This document shows positions 29,248 through 37,799 of a DNA stretch of 64,000 nucleotides, in pieces. How positions within the stretch are numbered: the first letter of the stretch is position 1; every line of letters begins with the position of its first letter. Both the position numbers and the translations under genes were made by a program. The stretch is from NCBI GenBank assembly GCA_001818495.1, contig MHKS01000005.1:250038-314037 (forward strand), in the 5' to 3' direction. A model generated the notes under the pieces. The model did no database searches. It had not been told where the DNA came from and saw only the letters and a list, made by a program, of their open reading frames with translations. This DNA is from Candidatus Komeilibacteria bacterium RIFOXYD1_FULL_37_29 (GTDB lineage Bacteria > Patescibacteriota > Patescibacteriia > UBA1558 > GWA2-36-10).

Positions 29248-30311
29248 AAATAGGTTATAGTTGCTGGGGATTTTTGGGTAACGGAATAAAGGATACACCG
29301 GATGGCGGGAGGAGTCACCGGTTGACTTTATTGAAAGAATTAATCCGTCAAGGAGTTGAAATAGTAATGTTGCAAAAGAATAGAGACCTCATTGAAGGCA
29401 ATCAAAGTTTTTCACGAAAGAATTTAATATTTAGTGGTGAGTTACCGGAAATAGATGCTCTATTTGTAGAATATAGATGGAAGATAGTAGGAAGGAATTA
29501 TAAGGTGAGAAAAAATAATCCAGCCTATACTCCGGATTTCGATAGACAGAGTGAATTAATTAATTTTTATAATAATAGAAATATTCCTATTATTATTTGG
29601 GATAAAGATCAGAAACTTGGTAAGAATGAAATAAAAGGCATTAAAAATTTGATTGTATTTGAACCTGCTTTAAAGCCAAGGTTTAATAGAAAAAGTTTAT
29701 TGTTTCCGATGGACAATCATAGAACAAAAATTGTCCTCAAATTGATAGGTAAGTATAAAAAAAATATTAAGAGCTCCAAGTTGTGTTACATTGGAAATCA
29801 ATATGAGAGAGATGGTAGTTTTAAAGAGTTTATTAATAAGCCAGCCAGTATGCTCGATACCAAAACACCAGTATTTGGTAATTGGAACAAATATCCAGAA
29901 AAGTATAAGCAAAATATGCAAAAATTTTCCAATGTTGAATTTAAAGGTAGGGTGCAGTTTAATAAAGTTAATAATATTTATAAAAAATCTTTTTCTACAG
30001 TTCTTATCGCGCCACGGAGATATTATATCACGGGTCATTTTACACAAAGATTATTTGAGGCAATGTGGGGCTTATGCATTCCTTTTACCCCGCAGCAATA
30101 TCATGGATGGCAGGGTTTAATAATAAAAGATTTTATAATTAGATCTGGCAAAGATTTAATAAATAAGATAAAAAAATTAGAAACAACGCCCGATTCAGAT
30201 ATAAGGAGAATGTTTGATAGACAGTTTGAGAAACTTAATTTATTTAATGCCAGTAAACAAGCCAGTATAATTATAAACGAAATCAATAATCATAATGGTA
30301 GACTCGGGTAA
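29244..30311 (+). CDS. GT-B glycosyltransferase resembling phage T4 DNA beta-glucosyltransferase (BGT), a candidate hydroxymethyl-pyrimidine DNA glycosyltransferase.
   Basis: 355 aa versus BGT at 351 aa. An MKI…N-terminus, YIGNQYERDGSFKEFI against BGT YGGSFRSGQRESKMVEFL, and FTQRLFEAMWGLCIPF against BGT ITLRVWETMASDAVMLI. The comparison is from memory and needs confirmation. Confidence 0.5.
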   Translation: MKIGYSCWGFLGNGIKDTPDGGRSHRLTLLKELIRQGVEIVMLQKNRDLIEGNQSFSRKNLIFSGELPEIDALFVEYRWKIVGRNYKVRKNNPAYTPDFDRQSELINFYNNRNIPIIIWDKDQKLGKNEIKGIKNLIVFEPALKPRFNRKSLLFPMDNHRTKIVLKLIGKYKKNIKSSKLCYIGNQYERDGSFKEFINKPASMLDTKTPVFGNWNKYPEKYKQNMQKFSNVEFKGRVQFNKVNNIYKKSFSTVLIAPRRYYITGHFTQRLFEAMWGLCIPFTPQQYHGWQGLIIKDFIIRSGKDLINKIKKLETTPDSDIRRMFDRQFEKLNLFNASKQASIIINEINNHNGRLG

Positions 30312-31074
30312 TAAAAATAAATCTTTAGAAATTGTAATTGATTCTAAACACTATATTAAAAAAAGATATTCTGATATCCAACGTTTTTTTTGTGAATTAA
30401 AATATCTTAAATATTTTAAAGATGAAGATATCAATGTTCCTTTTATATATAAATTTGATAAAATCCAAAAAACAATAATAATAGATAAAATAAAGGGGAA
30501 AATCGGCGATTCATTAAATAATAGAGACACAAAACTATGCATTGATGTGCTTGTCAAAATAATTTTTATTTTTGGTTTGGAAAAGAAAAATAATAATGAA
30601 ATTGATAGGTATATTTCAAAAGTCAGGTCAAATATAATATGGTGGTGTGAAAATAATAATTATATAGTAGAAAAAGAAAAATTAAATATTTTACTTCAAA
30701 AGTTAAGAAAAGTGTGTTATATATCTTTATTCAAAGATGCCAAACCATCTAATTGGATTTTTCAAAAAGATAAAATATACGCAATAGACTTTGATTATGT
30801 AAAAAAATCATTTTTTTTAGCAGATTTAGCACAACTTTTAAGTTATATTTCATTAAGGAAAAAAATAAGTTATATTTTCTTTGTAAATTATTATCTAAAG
30901 CAAATATTCCCAAAAATGAAGGATTATGATAAATTTTATATACCTTTTAAATTAGCGCTTGTTAATTCCAACATTGCTTCTGAACTTCACAGAGAGAATT
31001 TAGGAGCCTATGTAAAAAGGGGTTTTGCCAAACAAAACAGGTTTATTTTGAGTGAATTTAAGATAATATTATAA
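30295..31074 (+). CDS. Small protein-kinase-like fold phosphotransferase (Kdo-kinase/APH-like).
   Basis: Catalytic-loop-like FKDAKPSNWIF (D-x-K-P-x-N) and IYAIDFDY (DFG-equivalent). 259 aa. Confidence 0.5.
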   Translation: MVDSGNKNKSLEIVIDSKHYIKKRYSDIQRFFCELKYLKYFKDEDINVPFIYKFDKIQKTIIIDKIKGKIGDSLNNRDTKLCIDVLVKIIFIFGLEKKNNNEIDRYISKVRSNIIWWCENNNYIVEKEKLNILLQKLRKVCYISLFKDAKPSNWIFQKDKIYAIDFDYVKKSFFLADLAQLLSYISLRKKISYIFFVNYYLKQIFPKMKDYDKFYIPFKLALVNSNIASELHRENLGAYVKRGFAKQNRFILSEFKIIL

Positions 31075-31955
31075 TGTCAATATCAATAACCGCCAAATCA
31101 GCTAATGAAGCATTCATTAAAATAGCTGATAAATTGTATAATAATCCGGAATATGTTTCTAGTCCTCGAAGCTGGGAAACAAGGGAGTTATTAGGGGCTT
31201 TTATTGTTATCAACAATCCCTATGATCGTTTTATAAATAATGTTCATAGGAAGATTTCTTTAAAGTATCTTATTGGTGAATGGTTATGGTATGAGCGAGG
31301 ATCCAATTCTTTAAATGAAATTAATTATTATGCAAAATTTTGGAGCAGTATTTCGGATGATAAAATAACTGCCAATTCAGCTTATGGTCATAGAATTTTA
31401 GGGATCAATAAGTTCGTGATTATTAATCAATGGAAGTGGGCCAAACGGCAAATAATAAAAGATAAGGAAACAAGGAGAGCCATCATTTTTATTGGATTGC
31501 CAAGTGATATGAAAAACGAAACGAAAGATTTTCCTTGCACTATGTCACTCCAGTTTTTAATAAGAAATAATGAGTTACATTTAATTTGCAATATGAGGAG
31601 CAATGATTTAGTATTGGGTTTTACTTATGATGTAGCTACCTTTACTTTATATCAAGAAAAAATGTTGTTGGAGTTGAAAAAATATTATCCAAAATTAAAG
31701 ATAGGTAAATATTTTCATATGGTAGGCAGTTTACACGTATATAAGAAAAACTATGAGATGATAAAAAAAGTGATAAATGATCAGGACAATAATTTGAAAA
31801 TTACCATGCCTCGCATGGGTGATTTAAAAGAAATAAAAAAACTCCAGTATAACGAGAGTATTATAAGAGAAAATAAAAATAAAAAGTTTAAAAAAATTGA
31901 AGATAGATTCTGTATCTGGTGTCAGAATATTTTATTAAATAAAATTAAATACTAA
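31074..31955 (+). CDS. Thymidylate-synthase-family pyrimidine hydroxymethylase, predicted dCMP hydroxymethylase (T4 gp42-like).
   Basis: ThyA-fold motifs EWLWYERG, catalytic Cys in FPCTMSLQF and MRSNDLVLGFTYDVATF. This aligns gap-free to E. coli ThyA QRSCDVFLGLPFNIASY with Asp at the Asn177 position, which is the cytosine-specificity switch. Confidence 0.6.
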   Translation: MSISITAKSANEAFIKIADKLYNNPEYVSSPRSWETRELLGAFIVINNPYDRFINNVHRKISLKYLIGEWLWYERGSNSLNEINYYAKFWSSISDDKITANSAYGHRILGINKFVIINQWKWAKRQIIKDKETRRAIIFIGLPSDMKNETKDFPCTMSLQFLIRNNELHLICNMRSNDLVLGFTYDVATFTLYQEKMLLELKKYYPKLKIGKYFHMVGSLHVYKKNYEMIKKVINDQDNNLKITMPRMGDLKEIKKLQYNESIIRENKNKKFKKIEDRFCIWCQNILLNKIKY

Positions 31956-31956
31956 A

Positions 31957-32628
31957 ATGAAAGGCATAATTATAGACGGAGTTGTTTCTTCTGGTAAAAC
32001 GTCTATCTTAAAACATCTTCATCGTCTGATTTCAGAACAAAACCCTACTTCAACCAAGTTTTTTATTAGTGAACACTATACTGAGAGAATGTTGGAGCAT
32101 TTGAAAGATAAAGGTGAATTAGACGGTAGCCATATAAAAGCCCACGTTGATCAGTTAATCCATACTTTAGCTTCTTTTCAGTCTATGTTGGATAATTCTA
32201 AGTTTCGTGATAACCCGAAAGGAGCAGATTTGTTTGTTACTTTAGAAAGATTTATTCTAACCCATTTGTCCTCAGTGGACATAGGAGATAAATATAGTCT
32301 TGATGAAGTCAAAGCTCATTTTGAAATTTTAAACAAGCTAGGAGTAAAACAAGTAGCTTTAATAATTCCCGAATCAAGACTAAAAGAAAATATCATGTCG
32401 ACTCTGCAATATCGAAATGACGCCTGGTTGGATTATTTGTATTCTAGGGGTGGAGAAAAAGAAATTATAGAATATTATATCAATTGGCAGAATAATTTTT
32501 TAGAGTATATCAACAAATTTAAAGATATAATAGATACCTTAGTCATCGAAGTAAAAGATCAAGACTATCTTCAATATAGTAATACTATTTTTAATAGTTG
32601 TATTAAATCAGATATTCTCTCAAAATAA
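31957..32628 (+). CDS. P-loop nucleotide kinase (dNMP-kinase-like, possibly T4 gp1-like, or a 5-hm-pyrimidine kinase).
   Basis: Walker A GVVSSGKTS similar to T4 gp1 GVKRSGKDT. No Tmk DRY/TxEPGG motifs. 223 aa. Confidence 0.45.
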   Translation: MKGIIIDGVVSSGKTSILKHLHRLISEQNPTSTKFFISEHYTERMLEHLKDKGELDGSHIKAHVDQLIHTLASFQSMLDNSKFRDNPKGADLFVTLERFILTHLSSVDIGDKYSLDEVKAHFEILNKLGVKQVALIIPESRLKENIMSTLQYRNDAWLDYLYSRGGEKEIIEYYINWQNNFLEYINKFKDIIDTLVIEVKDQDYLQYSNTIFNSCIKSDILSK

Positions 32629-33114
32629 ATGTTTTTTAATTTTATGTTTTTTATACTTTACCCCGGCTAAATCAAAGAGTTTTTTAGAAACGATAAAATT
32701 ATTCGCATCTTTGTCTGATCTATCATCTTGATAGATTATATTTTTTATGCCGCTTTGGATAATAATTTTTGCACACTCATTGCAGGGGAAGAGTAAACAG
32801 TAAAGTTTTGCATTTTCGGCTGATTGATTAGTATTTAAAATGGCATTTACTTCAGCGTGAACAACATACGGATATTTTGTATTTAAGATATTTTTTTTGT
32901 TATGCCCGTAATTATTACTCCAAGAAAAATGCCCTTCCTTAATACCTCTAGGCCAACCGTTGTAGCCAACTCCTAAAACAACATTATTTTTATCAACCAC
33001 GACAGCTCCGGTTTGAGTTGATGGGTCTTTTGATCTCTGAGCTATAACTTGAGCCATTAGCATAAATGTTTCATCCCACGATAAATAGTTTTTTCTAGCT
33101 TTTATATTATCCAT
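32620..33114 (-). CDS. dCMP deaminase (deoxycytidylate deaminase, zinc-dependent).
   Basis: HAEVNAI and PCNECAKII zinc-binding motifs. 164 aa. Confidence 0.85.
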   Translation of the reverse strand: MDNIKARKNYLSWDETFMLMAQVIAQRSKDPSTQTGAVVVDKNNVVLGVGYNGWPRGIKEGHFSWSNNYGHNKKNILNTKYPYVVHAEVNAILNTNQSAENAKLYCLLFPCNECAKIIIQSGIKNIIYQDDRSDKDANNFIVSKKLFDLAGVKYKKHKIKKHLF

Positions 33115-33400
33115 TTTTGTAGGTTAGATCACTTTATAAGAATATAATACCCCATACTTATCTTAAAAGTCAAAGATTATAACTATTATTTTTATGTCGA
33201 AACTAGTCAACAAACTAAAACCGAGAAAAATTTTTGGTTGTCAGAAAGAAGCTTGAATAATATAGGCAAGAAAGAGAGTTTTATTATAATGCTCGGAGGA
33301 GATATGTGAAATATTATGAACCAAACATTTAATTCGCAATGATTACTGGTTGTTCTATATAAAAAGATAGAGCCGTTAGTGTTAGTTGACGATTTCTGTT

Positions 33401-33648
33401 TTTCACTGTCTTTTCAGGCAGTTTTTTGGTATAATCAAAGCATTAATTAATAAAAATATTATGATTGACGAAGAAATAAAGCAAATTATTCAGGAAAATA
33501 AGGAAACTTTAGCTAATATTGATAAAAGAATTGGTCGGATTGAGAAAAATTTTATTTGGAGTTCAATTTTTGGTTTTGTAAAGATTGTTATTATTTTAGG
33601 GCCGATTATTTTTGGTATTATTTATTTTACGCCATTTTTAAAAGATTT
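33401..33648 (+). repeat. Right copy of the approximately 248-bp direct repeat.
   Basis: About 95% identical to 26418-26665. Confidence 0.85.
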
Positions 33649-33811
33649 TATTCGTATTTATGAACCATTTTTCAAGAATCTACCGATTACTTTACAAAAT
33701 TTAAACAATCCTTCTTCGGACTCAAATATTCCAACTGGCGCTCAGGCTGGGTTAGAAAATTTTTGTGATCCACAAGTTCGCGAGGCCATGATCGATAGTC
33801 TTTGTAAATAA
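33461..33811 (+). CDS. Small coiled-coil/TM protein, the full-length paralog of 26478..26690.
   Basis: The ORF track gives 33386..33811. The ATG at 33461 corresponds to the start of the paralog and lies downstream of the duplicated promoter. Confidence 0.55.
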   Translation: MIDEEIKQIIQENKETLANIDKRIGRIEKNFIWSSIFGFVKIVIILGPIIFGIIYFTPFLKDFIRIYEPFFKNLPITLQNLNNPSSDSNIPTGAQAGLENFCDPQVREAMIDSLCK

Positions 33812-33817
33812 AAAATC

Positions 33818-34903
33818 ATGGAAGAATTACGCAGTAAAATAAAAACTTTATTTTTGGAGATTTCTAAATCTTTGAAAATTTTTGATTTAGAAAATAAAAA
33901 AAGTAAATTGGGAGAACTCAAAAACGAAATGACCAGACCAGACTTTTGGAATGACCAAGAACGAGCCAAAAATATTAGCTGGCAAGCCAGTGTTTTGGAG
34001 AAGGGTATCAATGACTGGCAGAATATAGCCAAGGAAGTAGCCGAGCTTAATGATTTGTCTCAAGATCAGCAGGCTGAGGAGTTATTAAAAGAATTGGAAA
34101 ATAAGTATAATATTCTTTATAATCAATTTACATCTTTGGCCGTTCAACTTTTTCTGCAAGGAAAATATGACGAGCTAGCCGCTATCATCACTGTCAATGC
34201 TGGAGCCGGAGGAGTAGATGCTCAAGACTGGGCGCAAATGATCGAAAGAATGTATTTACGACTAGCTGAGAAAAATAATTGGCAGGTCCATTTGATGTCG
34301 CGTTCAGTCGGCTCGGAAGCAGGGATTAAAAGTGTGATTTTTAAAGTCCAAGGTCCTTATGCTTATGGCTATTTAAAAAACGAAGCTGGAGTACATCGTT
34401 TGGTCCGTTTGTCGCCTTATGATGCTGATCACGCCCGGCATACTTCTTTTGCTATGTTAGAAGTTTTGCCGGAGATAATCAATCCGGAGATAGATATCAA
34501 AGAAGAAGATATCAAAGTTGATACTTTTCGGTCTTCTGGTAATGGCGGTCAGTCGGTCAATACTACTGATTCGGCTGTGCGGGTGACACATCTACCAACG
34601 GGAATTTCCGCTGGCTGTCAAAACGAGAGATCACAGATACAAAATAAAAAGCAAGCTCTCAGTCATCTCTACGCCAAATTGCAAAAATATTATGAGGCCG
34701 AGCAAGAAGACGAAAGAAAAATGATAAAGGGAGAATATACCGAAGCGGCTTGGGGCAATCAAATTCGCTCTTATGTTATTCATCCGTATAAAATGGTCAA
34801 AGACCATCGGACAAATTTTCAGTCCAAAGATCCAGACAGGGTCTTAGGTGGAGATTTAATGCCATTTATTAAGGCCAATTTGGAAAAAAATGTAGTGGCC
34901 TAA
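33818..34903 (+). CDS. prfB: Peptide chain release factor 2.
   Basis: SPxD-region, GGQ motif (SGNGGQSVNTTDSAVR). Full-length with no frameshift required. Confidence 0.85.
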   Translation: MEELRSKIKTLFLEISKSLKIFDLENKKSKLGELKNEMTRPDFWNDQERAKNISWQASVLEKGINDWQNIAKEVAELNDLSQDQQAEELLKELENKYNILYNQFTSLAVQLFLQGKYDELAAIITVNAGAGGVDAQDWAQMIERMYLRLAEKNNWQVHLMSRSVGSEAGIKSVIFKVQGPYAYGYLKNEAGVHRLVRLSPYDADHARHTSFAMLEVLPEIINPEIDIKEEDIKVDTFRSSGNGGQSVNTTDSAVRVTHLPTGISAGCQNERSQIQNKKQALSHLYAKLQKYYEAEQEDERKMIKGEYTEAAWGNQIRSYVIHPYKMVKDHRTNFQSKDPDRVLGGDLMPFIKANLEKNVVA

Positions 34904-34928
34904 ACAATTTTGTGCTATAATAGACTAT

Positions 34929-36407
34929 ATGTTTGAGCATTTGGGTCCAGCACCAGAAGTAGGAATGTATAGACCAGGACCAAAATACAAATTGTATTTG
35001 AGTCTGCTTTTTTTGGCTATCTTAGGATTTATTTTCTCGGCTGCTATTAGCCGTGGGCCCAGCTCTCGGGCTATGGAGCCGGAGATTTTATCATCCGAGG
35101 TGTTAGTTGACAGTAGTGATAAAAAAATTGTTTCTAGCGCCAAAAATTTTCCGATTTTTGATTTTGTAGTCGAGGTTGATAATGCCAATACCTCTCTTTA
35201 TAAGCTAAATATTTTAGTAGAAGGTATTTATGATTTGAATTTACTCAAAGATTTAAAGTTGTTTCATGAAAATGTCCAACTCGGTCAAATAGAGCAAATA
35301 GACAGCACTGGTAAAATATATTTTGATTTAAAAGAGTACCAGCTACCAGTGGGTCAGAATAGGTTTTCTTTATTTTTTAGCAGTGGCGATAGTCTCAAAG
35401 ACAGTCCAGTTTTAAAGTTTAGTATTCCCACCAAAGATGACATCTTTCTTATTAGCTCTGGTCAAGTTTTTAGACCACGGGCTGATTTTCCTGTTAGTAG
35501 CGGGCTCATTTCTATTTCTGATCAGGGGCAAATCATGGCTTCTAACAGTTATATTATTGATGATTTTATTGTTGATTCAGAGGTGCCTCAACCGGTTTCA
35601 TCTTTTGAGCTTAGGTCTATTGGTGAAAAAGCTGATTTAAAACAAATAATATTATCCTATCAAAATTTAAGTGACGGGGCTGATACAAAGGCAGATTTCT
35701 TTTTATCTTTAGAGGGAGCACCCATTGCTCAAGCGTCATCTCAAGATGGCCAGATTATTTTTGATATTAAAAAAGGTATACTGCTAGAAGAGTTGTCTAG
35801 AAAAATATTTGAGTTGCACACCTTTGCTTTACCAGAGGGAAGCTATCAGTTTTCTTTAGACAATGTTTCTGCTCAAGGTGTCTGGTCCGGAGCTGACATT
35901 GCACTGCCAGCGCCAATTGCTTTAAGCCAAGTGGAAGCTAGAGCCTATTTTATGCAGTTTCAAGCCAAGGAGTTGGATCAGCGATTAACAGAGGGTTGGA
36001 ATAAAATTTATAATTTACAAATTAGCGCCAGAGGGGCTAAGACACTTTATTTAAATAAATTTACTTGGAGTATTGCCCCACAAAATTTGGATATAACCGC
36101 TTTGGAAATTTGGTACAGTGGTCAGCCCTATATTGCCGATATCATCTTTGAAGACGGCCAAGTAATTGTTAAAACAGACGGTCAAGATCCTTTGCCGATT
36201 GGTCAAGAGCCAACTGAATTATTACTTTTAGCCAAGGTAGAAAATATCAAAAACAAAGCCAAAATAGAGGCCTTTATTTTACCAGATGATAGTCCACTTG
36301 ATCAGGAAAATATTTTTGGCCATATTATCTGGTCAGATGGGCAAGATTTTTATAACGGTTATAAAATGCCATATTTACCGCTTCAGCCGAGTATCTTAAA
36401 CAATTAA
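34929..36407 (+). CDS. Hypothetical membrane-anchored secreted protein (492 aa).
   Basis: ORF with an N-terminal TM helix and no recognisable motif. Confidence 0.45.
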   Translation: MFEHLGPAPEVGMYRPGPKYKLYLSLLFLAILGFIFSAAISRGPSSRAMEPEILSSEVLVDSSDKKIVSSAKNFPIFDFVVEVDNANTSLYKLNILVEGIYDLNLLKDLKLFHENVQLGQIEQIDSTGKIYFDLKEYQLPVGQNRFSLFFSSGDSLKDSPVLKFSIPTKDDIFLISSGQVFRPRADFPVSSGLISISDQGQIMASNSYIIDDFIVDSEVPQPVSSFELRSIGEKADLKQIILSYQNLSDGADTKADFFLSLEGAPIAQASSQDGQIIFDIKKGILLEELSRKIFELHTFALPEGSYQFSLDNVSAQGVWSGADIALPAPIALSQVEARAYFMQFQAKELDQRLTEGWNKIYNLQISARGAKTLYLNKFTWSIAPQNLDITALEIWYSGQPYIADIIFEDGQVIVKTDGQDPLPIGQEPTELLLLAKVENIKNKAKIEAFILPDDSPLDQENIFGHIIWSDGQDFYNGYKMPYLPLQPSILNN

Positions 36408-36432
36408 ATCCTGCCTTAGAGCAGGATTTTTT
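36407..36432 (+). terminator. Intrinsic terminator.
   Basis: AATCCTGC-cttaga-GCAGGATT followed by TTTTTT. Confidence 0.65.
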
Positions 36433-36485
36433 GACAAAGATGTTTTTCTTTGTTTAAATATAGCCAAGAAAAGTAAAAAGCGGTT

Positions 36486-37799
36486 TTGATGAGCAAAAGC
36501 AAAATATTTTTGTTGGTTAGTTTTATTTTTTTAGCTGGTAATTTTTTTTGGTTGTTATATTTTGAAGATAGGGGAAACCATAATTTTAATTATGGTTCTT
36601 TTTATAGTTTCACCGCCCAGGTAGTCAGAGTTGATAAAAAAATTAATGGTTATAATATTGTGGTCCGTCCCGAAGGACTGGCCGATTTTTTCGGTCAGAT
36701 TTTGTTGTATACGCCACTTTACCCGGAGTATTATTATGGCGATATTTTGCAAATCTCCGGCAAGATTTATCAGCCGGAAAAACTAGCTGGCGACGATGGT
36801 CAGGTTTTTGCTTATGATAAATATCTCGCCAAAGATAATATTTTTGGCACCAGCTTCCGGCCGATTTTAAAAAAAATTGGTCAGTCAAAAAATCTGACTT
36901 TTTATGTTTATCAGGCCAGGCATTATTTTTGGCAAAACCTCAATGATTATTTGAGAGAGCCAGCTTCGGCTTTGGCCAAGGCCATGTTTTTGTCTCCTCA
37001 GCGGGAAATCAGCCCAGAGCTTTGGGATGTTTTTGCCAAAGTCGGCGTCAGTCATATGATCTCTATTTCCGGTTCGCATATGGTGATTATTATTTGGTTG
37101 TTGCAGTCTTTTTTGATTGCCGTGGGGTTTAGCAGAAAATCAGCTTGGTGGTGGCTGGTGATTTTTTTGTTGTTTTATTTATATTTGATTGGTTTTATCA
37201 GTCCGGCGGTACGCTCGGCCGCCATGGCTATCATTTTATTGTCCGGGCCATTTGTGGGTCGTCAGACTGATTCAGTTTATAGTCTGTTTTTGGTGGCCGA
37301 TATTTTGGTAGCTTTAAATCCTTTTATTATTTTATATGATATTGGTTTTCAGTTGTCTTTTTTGGCGGTTTTGGGATTGGTGTATTATGCTAGATTTTTT
37401 AATAAAATTTTGATTTTTATTCCTAGTAAATTCAAATTGCGCGAAGTCTTGGCCATGACTTTGGCCTCACAAGTGTTTACTTGGCCAATTACTGTTTATA
37501 ATTTTGGTATATTTTCCATTGTGGCTCCTTTGGCCAATTTTTTGATTCTGCCACTACTTCCAGCAGTTTTAGTTTTGTCCATGGCTTTAAGTGTCTGTGG
37601 CTTTTGGCCGTTTTTAGCCGAGCTTATCTCCTGGTCATTATTTTTGCTTTTAAAAATCATTGTCTTGATCAGTCAGCTGTTATCGCAAGTGTCTTATGCT
37701 TCTGTTTATATCAAAGGTTTTGATATTTGGTCTTTGTTTTTGTCTTTATTTTTTATAGGTGTTATTACTTGGATTTTAAAGCCACGGTCTTATGAATAA
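36486..37799 (+). CDS. comEC: ComEC/Rec2 DNA-uptake channel, N-terminal part (DUF4131 OB fold plus the membrane competence domain).
   Basis: VGVSHMISISGSHMVIII competence-domain motif and many TM helices. Confidence 0.7.
   Translation: MMSKSKIFLLVSFIFLAGNFFWLLYFEDRGNHNFNYGSFYSFTAQVVRVDKKINGYNIVVRPEGLADFFGQILLYTPLYPEYYYGDILQISGKIYQPEKLAGDDGQVFAYDKYLAKDNIFGTSFRPILKKIGQSKNLTFYVYQARHYFWQNLNDYLREPASALAKAMFLSPQREISPELWDVFAKVGVSHMISISGSHMVIIIWLLQSFLIAVGFSRKSAWWWLVIFLLFYLYLIGFISPAVRSAAMAIILLSGPFVGRQTDSVYSLFLVADILVALNPFIILYDIGFQLSFLAVLGLVYYARFFNKILIFIPSKFKLREVLAMTLASQVFTWPITVYNFGIFSIVAPLANFLILPLLPAVLVLSMALSVCGFWPFLAELISWSLFLLLKIIVLISQLLSQVSYASVYIKGFDIWSLFLSLFFIGVITWILKPRSYE

Noticed and set aside
31074-31955. 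A simple canonical thyA (thymidylate synthase) annotation.
   Set aside because: Not fully excluded. It is disfavoured by the Asp at the Asn177-equivalent position, the divergent N-terminus, the tight operon with glycosyl-, carbamoyl- and methyl-transferases, and the location inside a repeat-flanked island.
19687-33650. Intact prophage.
   Set aside because: No integrase, capsid, terminase, portal or tail genes are visible. The content is defense and DNA-modification genes, so I call it an island possibly of phage origin rather than a prophage.
33818-34903. Programmed +1 frameshift in prfB.
   Set aside because: The ORF is full-length and alignable to RF2 from residue 1 through the GGQ motif without any frameshift. 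No CUU-UGA shifty site is seen.
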